Shown: in pieces, positions 54,979 through 64,000 of the stretch
Position numbering within the stretch: the stretch's first letter is position 1
How the letters are laid out: the number at the start of each line of letters is the position of its first letter
Assembly (NCBI GenBank): GCA_002269645.1
Contig: NIVC01000364.1
Coordinates: forward strand, 248,001 to 312,000
DNA from: Macrostomum lignano
Lineage: Eukaryota
Length of the DNA stretch: 64,000 nt
Direction of reading: 5' to 3'
Program-made: the position numbers and the translations under genes
The notes under the pieces: model-generated
The model's input: only the letters and a program-made list of their open reading frames with translations
The model's database searches: none
What the model was told of the DNA's origin: nothing

Positions 54979-57900
54979 ATGATGGAAACTGAAGAGACCA
55001 AGTAAGCATTTATAATCTGTGTTTATATTTGTTTCTAAAAGAATTCATCTAAAGTGTTAAAAAAGTACAGTACCTACTCTACCCATTTTAGCTCTTTTGG
55101 TAAGATCGTGAAGATCTCAAAAATCAGTGACTCTGTGGTTAACCCGGAGCCGATGAAAATTGACGAAAGCGTCCTGCTGGATGACTTTCTCAGCCCGCGC
55201 CGTCTGGTGAGTCTATTTTGCTGCAATTCAATTTATTCATGATCAGTATTTTATCATTTACCAATCTCTGAATGATGACGGTGAACCAAGCTAGCTGGCG
55301 TGTTGATGTCTAGGCACCCTGGTGCTACGCCTTCGGCGACATCGTCTCCGAGGCGATTTTTAACTCGCCCATTAGTCCATCCCGCTGACTCCTGAGCACA
55401 CAAGCGCGCCAATACTGTACGCACGCACGCACTCATGCACTCGCTCACGCAGGGTGTACAGTGGCCCTGACCTTCTAATCGTCAGGCATGTACACTCTCT
55501 GTGCCCTGGGAGCTGGTCCTCACCGCTGTGAATCGCTCGACAACCCCCTGCCTGCCTGTAACGCGGCGCTCTGATGTGCCAGCGGCCCAGGCTCGATTCC
55601 AAGTGCAGTCAAAATAATTTTAGGCTGAACTGGAATCTCGGCTTGGCTCTGCTCGGGCAATTAACGCCCTTGAGGACCAACCCCCAAGGCACAGTGAAGT
55701 GTACATGCCTAACGATAAATAAAGTTAGGGCCGCTGTACACTCCTGTGTGAGTGTGTGCCTGTGCGTATGACTGCGTACGTATCCGCGCGCTTGTGTGCC
55801 TGCTCAGGGGAGTCGGTGGAATGGGCAGTAATGCCTCTCGCCGGTTGTGTGACAATGTCGCTTGAAGTGCGCCAAAGGGGATGCTAGGCAGCCCCTTTAG
55901 TGAAATGAAACATAAACATAGTACGCTGTGTACTTTTACTTTCACCTCCCTCTCTTTGAAAGCGCGCCCTGACCGGAGTTGAGGACTTGGAGAAGGTAAC
56001 GCAGCTGGAGATGCAGGTGGACACTGGCGAGGCCAGCCTGGGCAATTTCGGAGTCCACCTGCCCAACCTGCGTCAGCTCAAGCTGTCCAACAGCATCATC
56101 CCGTCGGTGCGGGACCTCGGCTCCTGCCTGTTCAACCTTAGCGTCCTATGGATGCCGCAGTGCTGCCTGGAGAATCTGGACGGTATAGCCAGTATGGCTC
56201 GGCTCAGAGAGCTGTACCTCAGCTATAACGAGATTGTTGACGTGTCTCCATGCGGGATGCTTGAGCATTTGGAGATACTCGACTTGGAAGGGTGAGGTTT
56301 GAACTGTATTGACTGTAGTTGAATGATAGACTATTCTATTTAATAGGCTTATTTAGTTCTGTAGAAGTATATTTTAGGATAAGACTCATTAGTGGGCCCT
56401 CTTACCCCCTATGCTTAATCCATGGATCGATAATAAAATCGATAAAGTCAGAAACTCCCTTCAACTACTTTTCATTAAATAAATAGCTTACATATTTTTC
56501 CTTGCTACTGAACTCAAAGGTAGATGAATTGCAGATACAAAACAAGTATGGCCTAAGTAGCCCACATGGTTACTATAATATCTGTGCTGCATCAGTGTTA
56601 TCTATTCAGTAACATGTAAAATTAGTCAGATCAGACCACCAAATATAAAGAAGTGGTTTTAAAAACTAAACTCTTACATTCCAGTAACCTGATTGACGAC
56701 ATTCACAATGTGATGTACCTGTCGATGTGCTCGCAGCTCAGGCAGCTGTCGTTAGAGGGCAACCCCGTGTGCAGCCGGCCGGGTCCGAAGGAGGACGCGG
56801 TGAGTGGAACAGCAAATTCTTGCACGATTTGGATATTTGATGACAAGAGGCATTGTACAGTCACATCGATACCCTTAAGTTAAATGCTTGCTGTTACCGG
56901 AGAATGAACAGGAAATTTTCAGCTGCCACATTAAATTCAAGTGGCAATAAGTTTGTTGTCGGAAGTCAGTTTGTACAAAGAAATCGTACTTGTTAATAAA
57001 ACATTATAATGGTGGAAACACTTCCAATCTGGTTCTTGTTAGTATTTTGGCTCATTATTCATAAGTTTGACAAACTTTGAGAATCCTATGCAAACTAGCG
57101 CGGACATTCTGCATACTATACTACTGCCTTAAAAGTAGTAGATGGAGAGTTATTAGGTAAAAAAACGCGGCACCCTCAGGCCGGCTACAACTACAGAGAG
57201 GAGGTGCTGCGCATGCTGCCCAGCCTGCAGTGCCTCGACGACGTGCCAACAGGCGAGCGGGACCTGAATCCCCAGCTGCGCCAGGCCACTCTGCAATTCG
57301 ATGAGCACTGGAATTATATCAATAGCCTGCTGCAAGAGTCCGGCATGCTGGCTACGGCCGCCTCGTCCGAGAGTCTGGACACTTCATCCGGCATTGGCAG
57401 CACCCTGCCGAGTTCCAATCGGCCGCGCACTGGCGCGTCTACGGCGGCCGCCAGTAGCGCCTCGCTGCCGCCAAGGCCGCAATCGGCGCTGCGGATGCCC
57501 AGCGCGCAGAAGCGCCTCATGACTTCGAAGGGCCGGCCGGGCACGGCCAACCGGCCGGGATCGGCGCTAATCAGGCCCGGCTCGGCCGCCTCCAATGCCA
57601 GCAGCGCAGACGGTGAGGACCTTATCCTGGATGAACTTGGATATTTGAATAAATTCTATGAATTCCCCATAAACCCATAAATTTTAATAAATTCTCGATA
57701 AACCTTGATAAACATGGATAAATTTTTTATGGATTTCCGATAAACCTGGAGTTTTTAATAAAATCCTATTAAACCCGGAAATTTTAATAGATTCCAAATA
57801 AACCCGGAAATTTAAATAAATTCTCGATAAACCTTGATAAACATGGATAAATTTTAATAGATTTCCGATAAACCTGGAATTTTTAATAAAATCCTATTAA

Positions 57901-59504
57901 TCCCGGAAATTTTATTGAAATCCTAATAAACCCGGAAATTTTAATAGATTCCGATTAAACCCGGAAATTTTAGTAAACTCTAAATGCAACCGTATGGTCT
58001 AAAACTACTGACTTTATTTAACCCCTATAAAAACGCGCAGACCTGATGGACCGATCGGACGAGTCGGCGCTGACCGCCGGCACCGTAGTCTGCGGCAACA
58101 TTAGCAAAGCGCTGCGCAGGCGTCGCAGTCCGCAGTCTGGCGGAGGTGGCAGCAGCGGTGCGTCGACAGCCACCGCGGCGGCGTCGTCGTCGTCGCTGTC
58201 TTCGCCTGGCGGATTCGAGCGTCGGCCGCAGACAGCTGCCGGGGCTTTCTTTGCTAGACGCAGCGCCGCAGGTTTTGGGCAGCAACAGCAGAGAGGACAG
58301 CAGCCGCAGCAGCAGTCCAGACAAAAGATAACGGAATTCAAAGACGACGAAACCTTTGACAGGGACCACGCTAAACTGGTCGAGGAACTGAAAAGCTGGA
58401 AGGTTGAATATGAAAAGTGAGTTATGCACTGCTTTTAAATCCCCCGCTGATGTCCCTTCCTGAACCCCTGCTGATGTCCCTCCTGAACCCCTGCTGATGT
58501 CCCACCTGAACCCCTGCTGATGTCCCTTCCCGAACCCCTGCTGATGTCCCTTCCTGAACCCCTGCTGATGTCCCTCCTGAACCCCTGCTGATGTCCCTCC
58601 TGAACCCCTGCTGATGTCCCACCTGAACCCCTGCTGATGTCCCACCTGAACCCCTGCTGATGTCCTTCCTGAATCCCTGCTGATGTCCCTCCTGAACCCC
58701 TGCTGATGTCCTTCCTGAACCCCTGCTGATGTCCTTCCTGAACCCCTGCTGATGTCCCTCCTGAACCCTTGCTGATGTCCCACCTGAACCCCTGCTGATG
58801 TCCTTCCTGAACCCCTGCTGATGTCCCTCCTGAACCCTTGCTGATGTCCCACCTGAACCCCTGCTGATGTCCTTCCTGAATCCCTGCTGATGTCCCTCCT
58901 GAACCCCTGCTGATGTCCCTTCCGGAACCCCTGCTGATGTCCCTTCCGGAACCCCTGCTGATGTCCCTTCCGGAACCCCTGCTGATGTCCCTTCCCGAAC
59001 CCCTGCTGATGTCCCTTCCTGAACCCCTGCTGATGTCCCTTCCTGAACCCCTGCTGATGTCCTTTCCTTCGCCTCCCCCGCCCCAGATCCGTCCGCCGGA
59101 TTCGCAGCGAGCGCGCCCCCCAGGTGCTGGCGGTCACCCACGACGAGAGCGTCGAGCTCGGCTGCTCCGACGATGACGACGTCGACGTTGATGACGAAGA
59201 TGCACCGACCGGGAACGACGCTAGACCGCCGGCTGCCGCCGCAGCCGCCTCCGCCGCCCGGCCAGTCCCCGACCCAGACAGCGCGCGCTCTTCGCCGCCA
59301 TCCTCGGCCAGCTCCGGCTCACTGTTCCACCGGGGCTCGTCGAATCCGTTCGCCACCGCCACAGGCGGCAGGCCGCACACTGCCGCCGACTTGGCACCGC
59401 TGGCCGCGTCGTCCTCGCTGAGCTCCCGGCTGCGGCGTCAAATGCCGACTGGCGGGCCGGCCGGCGGCCTCCTGCCGAACCGGCTGTCCCTGAACTCCAA
59501 GTAG
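54979..59504 (+). CDS. LRRC56: Leucine-rich repeat protein 56 (ciliary/IFT-associated); exons 54979-55001, 55092-55206, 55963-56291, 56685-56799, 57180-57612, 58041-58416, 59087-59504
   Basis: LDDFLSPRRL|RALTGVEDLEKVTQLEMQVDTGEASLGNFGVHLPNLRQLKLSNS.IPSVRDLGSCL.NL.VLWM..C.LENLDGIASM..LRELYLSYNEI.DVSPC.MLEHLEILDLEG|N...LSLEGNPVC..PGP|.YNYREEV..MLPSLQCLDD. All introns GT-AG and phase-consistent. Confidence 0.9.
55367..55828. mobile_element. Inverted-repeat (MITE/fold-back) element in LRRC56 intron 2
   Basis: Arm 55381-55522 is the imperfect reverse complement of 55671-55828, with a ~150-bp spacer. Third copy of the arm at 1575-1695. Confidence 0.75.
57670..57985. repeat. Degenerate AT-rich minisatellite (ATAAACCCGGAAATTTTAATAGATTCC-like) in LRRC56 intron 5
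   Basis: Visible degenerate array. Confidence 0.8.
58440..59062. repeat. Minisatellite filling LRRC56 intron 6, 22-24-bp unit CCTGAACCCCTGCTGATGTCC(C)T
   Basis: Visible array; explains minus-strand ORFs 58025-59380 and 58422-59141. Confidence 0.97.
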
Positions 59505-60997
59505 GATGCTGGCACCGAGGACCGCCGTCTGACTGAAAATCGGCTCCTGGGGTTTCCTTTTTGGGATCCGACGTATGCTCTTCATCCCGATCGATTCCGG
59601 AGAATCGCCTTAACTATTGTCAGTAATTTCTTAGAATCTGCCCAACATCGCTTCAACGCATTTCTTATAATCGCCTTAAAGAAATTTCTAAAAATGGCCC
59701 CTAACTAATTTCTTAGAATCCCTCCAACCAGTTTCTTAGAATCTCCCTGGAATCCCTTCAACCAGTTTCTTAGAATCTCCCTGGAATCCCTCCAACGAGT
59801 TTCTTAGAATCTCCCTAGAATCCCTCTAAATAGTTTCTTTTTAATTTGCTCCAACCAATTTCTTAGAATCATCCCTAGTTAATGCCGGAAAAACACCGTA
59901 ACCGATTCCTGGAGAATCGCTCTCCAACAAATCCTGTTGAGAAAGTGACTTTCAAAGTTGATTTAAGAACCGCTTGCTTCGAACAAATTAGTTCAAGGTG
60001 CAAGTCGTTTTGTTTAATTTCGTGGATTCAAAACCATTATTTAACTTATTAGTTAAACAACATCGATATCAGATTTTATTGTTGTTAAATTTAGTCCAAC
60101 AAAGGTTTTGCTTCAGAACGGTTTTTTGTCTGCTTTCTAAGAAAATCGTGTTTAAGAAGTAGTACTGCAGACAGCCCTACAAACTGTATTTGCAATTGGG
60201 CTGCATGCGCGATTCGTCTCATTGTTTTTCTTACTGTAAATTTCCTGCCAATAATTAAACTGATATGCCTATGTTGATTTTCGTCAACCTAGCTTAATAA
60301 ATGTCTCAATGTACTTTTTATTTTTAGATTTGCTACTAAGTAAGTACTTATACGGATCGCATGTGCCTGCGCTTAACAATATCCGTCCATGCTTAATTAT
60401 TTTCTAAGATTTCCTGTTCGTCTTTTTTCACGCTTCGCTTTTAGTTTTTCGTATTTGGTGCTGCCTGTTGGTCTAACTTGCTTCTCCGTCCATGTGAACC
60501 ATTGAATGCGCTCGGCTTATGTTTTGGAGCGCGGGTTTTGTGTCACCTGAGAGTCTGAAATTTAGTTTCTAAAATAATATCTGAATTTAAAATATGCCTC
60601 TTTTTCGTTCTGCGATTTTCTGTTTTTTAAAGATATCGTAGCTCTTCTCTTACCTTTTTGTTGTTCCGTGCCTTTTAGTATAACAACAAGCAAGACAAAG
60701 CTTTACAAATTCTTTTTACTATAGATTAGAAGTAGAATTAACTTACTATTTGCTTGCAATTACCTTTGCTGCCCCAAGTTCTTAGCTGTTCAACTGCTGA
60801 CTGGTGATGAGAATTACAAGCAGACTCAATCTGTGCCTTGAATTGTCAATGTTTGCTACTTCTGTAAAAGTTGTTTTAAGTCTTTTTAATTGCCACAATG
60901 TTTTCTTGTGAATTTATAACAGGTTAACAGTTCATGTAGGCTGTTGAGTATGCTCGAAGTCAGTGATTCAATTTAGGTTTCGAATATAACTTTTCGT

Positions 60998-61280
60998 TAA
61001 TAATAATAAACAACCGACAGCTCAGCCGCAGCTATTGCGCGGCGCATCTGAAGGCTGCGTACGGCTGTTCAGTCCAAGGACTGGGGGGGGGGGGGTCGCC
61101 ACACACACCCTCAATTACCCCAGCTAATGCTGGCACCCATTTTACAGCTGGGTGAACTGAAGCAATGCAGAGTCAAGTGTCTTTGCTCAAGGACACAAAT
61201 TGTTCCAGTGAGATCAGGAATCGAACCCCCGACCTTTAAGTCGTAAGTCCGACGCTCTAACCACTAGGCTACAAACCCCC
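60998..61280 (-). mobile_element. Second copy of the tRNA/CORE-type SINE
   Basis: Collinear and highly similar to 5037-5297, with A/B boxes and CORE-like segment. (TTA)n tail, but lacks the 3' stem-loop of copy 1. Confidence 0.88.
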
Positions 61281-62557
61281 ACTAGGCTACAACCCCCCCC
61301 CCCACTAGGCTACAACCCCCCACTAGGCTACAAACCCCCACTAGGCTATAACCCCCCCCCACTAGGCTACAACCCCCCACTAGGCTACAAACCCCCACTA
61401 GGCTACAACCCCCCACTAGGCTACAAACCCCCAATAGGCTACAACCCCCCACTAGGCTACAACCCCCCACTAGGCTACAAACCTCCACTAGGCTACAACC
61501 CCCCCACTAGGCTACAACCCCCCCACTAGGCTACAAACCCCCACTAGGCTACAAACCCCCACTAGGCTACAAACCCCCACTAGGCTACAAACCCCCACTA
61601 GGCTACAACCCCCATACTAGGCTACAAACCCCCACTAGGCTACAACCCCCCCCACTAGGCTACAACCCCCCCACTAGGCTACAAACCCCCACTAGGCTAC
61701 AAACCCATACTAGGCTACAACCCCCCCAATAGGCTACAAACCCCCAATAGGCTACTACCCCCACTAGGCTACAACCCTCCACTAGGCTACAACCCCCCAC
61801 TAGGCTACATCCCCCACTAGGCTACAACCCCCAATACGCTACAACCCCCCAATAGGCTACAAACCCCCAATAGGCTACTACCCCAATAGGCTACAACCCC
61901 CACTAGGCTACAACCCCCTGATAGGCTACAATCCCCCACTAGGCTACAACCCCCACTAGACTACAACCCCCCACTAGGCTACAAACCCCCACTAGGCTAC
62001 AAACCCACACTAGGTTACAAACCCCCACTAGGCTACAACCCCCACTAGGCTACAACCCCCCCACTAGGCTACAACCCCCCCCCACTAGGCTACAACCCCC
62101 CACTAGGCTACAAACCCCCACTAGGCTACAAACCCCACTAGGTTACAAACCCCCACTAGGCTACAACCCCCACTAGGCTACAAACCCCCACTAGGCTACA
62201 ACCCCCCACTAGGCTACAACCCCCCCACTAGGTTACAAACCCCCACTAGGCTACAACCCCCACTAGGCTACAACCCCCCACTAGGCTACAACCCCCCCAC
62301 TAGGCTACAACCCCCACTAGGCTACAACCCCCCACTAGGCTACAACCCCCCACTAGGCTACAACCCCCCCCCCCACTAGGCTACAACCCCCCACTAGGCT
62401 ACAACCCCCCACTAGGTTACAAACCCCCACTAGGCTACAACCCCCCCACTAGGCTACAACCCCCCACTAGGCTACAACCCCCCACTAGGCTACAACCCCC
62501 ACTAGGCTACAACCCCCCACTAGGCTACAACCCCCCCCCCACTAGGCTACAAACCCC
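61262..62557. repeat. Minisatellite (CACTAGGCTACAA(A)C4-8)n derived from the SINE 5' head
   Basis: Unit identical to the SINE 5'-terminal ~18 nt; ~70 units contiguous with the SINE. Confidence 0.97.
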
Positions 62558-62672
62558 TGTAGCCTAGCTTTTCGTTAATGGAAGTTTAATATTCAATAAC
62601 TTCAAATCATCAAATCGAATCAAACTACGAGTAAAGTTTTCCAAACATCACATTGCATGTCAAGATTAACTA

Positions 62673-64000
62673 ATGGACGATATTCATCGCAATGCCCTGC
62701 TGAAGGCTCGCTGCGTGCTGGTCAGTCAGCTGGTAGCGGACAATAAGCTTTGGGGCCTGCTACTAGAGAGAAAGGTGTTCACCAAGCCAATGCTGGAGCG
62801 AATCCTCTGCCAAGGAACTCCGCACGAGCGACGCCAACAACTGATGGACGACCTGCCTAGACGCGGTCCGGACGCATTCGGCCAGTTTCTGGGCATCCTT
62901 CGCGACACCAGACAGCAGGACCTGGCGGACTATCTTGACGGCATGGACCGGCACCTCAGGCACGGCCATCCGCTGCCGTCGGAGCCGCGGCCGCAGCCCA
63001 GACCGCCATCGGGGCCGAGTCAACCGGCGCAGCCATCGCAGCCGCAGGATGATCCGTCTCGAAGGCCGTCAGTCGACCGTTCAGTCAGTCGAATAGGCGT
63101 GACCAACCAACCCAACATCCCCGATGACGTTCTGTCTGTACAGGAGGTAAGACGTTACTTAGCTGCCTACTGTATTATGTTATTTGCCTTTAGTTTATTC
63201 GTACTCACCAAGGGGGAGGGGGATTCTCTGGTGTCATCTGTTGAAGGTGCCGACGGCGTCGGGGTGATGACAGAATGCTTGAGAGACTAGATGAGAATGT
63301 CCAGCAGTTGAGGTTTGCCCACTGTCGAGGCTTGATCAGTGACATCAGAGAAACTCGCAACAGGGTGTTCATAGTCACCTGGTGCCAGCTGTTGAAGGTC
63401 CAGAAGCTCCGCCTGGGTGAAGACCAGCGACCAGTGAAGTCAGAGCTGAGTCAGGCACATTTGGTCGACGTGCTGATGAAATTTGGAGGCTTGGCAAGGC
63501 TGCACTGAGGCACAGGGGTGTACTGAATACACTGGCGCTTATGGAAAAAACCGACCTTCTGGCAGAATCGTCGAATATCTCGACGGACCGGAGGGCTGGC
63601 GACTTGATTCTTGTTTAATAAGAGGGTGCGCAACAAAATAGTTTTCTGTGCCTGCGTTGCTTCGGTGCAGCAAAAAATGTCTGTTGTTAACATTTCACAT
63701 TGAATCCTGAATCCTCTGCAGGTACTGGAACGCCATGAGGATGGCCTGGAAGAGTTGAACTTTCACACCTGCGGCATCATTGACAGTACTGAGCTGATGC
63801 CTCAACCGGTGACGCAGCAGCACCTGACGGAGAAGAGCAAGAATGATTGGGAATTCACATACCAGCTCCGCTCCAATCCGAAGGGTCTGCTGCTCATCAT
63901 TAGCAATCGAGATTTTGTTAAGAAGAGTAAACGAACCGGAACGGAAGTCGACTGCGAGAACCTGACTCGCGTGTTCAAGAACCTTGGCTATGAGCTCTAT
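62673..64000 (+). CDS. CARD-containing initiator caspase (caspase-2/9-like), partial; exons 62673-63146 and 63722 to beyond 64000
   Basis: CARD MDDIHRNALLKARCVLVSQL...LLERKVFTKPMLERI...QLMDDLPRRGPDAFGQFLGILRDTRQQDLADYL. Phase-0 intron GAG|GTAAGA...CTGCAG|GTA. p20 start YQLRSNPKGLLLIISNRDF...RTGTEVDCENLTRVFKNLGY. Catalytic QACRG-type motif is outside the window. Confidence 0.9.

Noticed and set aside
63190-63560. Coding-like minus-strand segment in the caspase intron (CQASKFHQHV, reminiscent of a Gypsy integrase zinc finger)
   Set aside because: Interrupted by stops and not collinear with a known pol layout; cannot be supported by eye.

Overview
Eukaryotic (animal) genomic DNA. GC-rich exons, AT-rich intergenic DNA and introns filled with minisatellites suggest a free-living flatworm such as Macrostomum; this is an inference, not tested. 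Ten spliced or intronless protein genes can be assembled with GT-AG boundaries and consistent phases: SoxF-type HMG factor (-), H-type ferritin (-), small C18orf32/UPF0729-like protein (+), MEF2 (+), RFC4 (-), CNDP2 (-), cyclophilin B (+), a compact PGC-1/Spargel-like RRM protein (-), LRRC56 (+) and a CARD-caspase (+, cut by the window end). Mobile DNA includes an RNase H-bearing I-group LINE nested inside an RTE-type LINE, two copies of a tRNA/CORE-type SINE, two hAT-type non-autonomous elements with perfect 8-bp TSDs, and several fold-back elements. Most long ORFs in the supplied track are artefacts of tandem repeats. Highlights: (1) RFC4 has no genomic start codon at the expected place and lies behind CNDP2, compatible with an operon in which a spliced leader supplies the AUG. 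(2) A second operon-like pair, C18orf32-like followed by MEF2. (3) A minisatellite of about 1.3 kb grown from the Pol III A-box of a SINE, just upstream of the caspase. (4) A stripped-down PGC-1 homologue. (5) About half of all introns are filled by their own distinct minisatellite.
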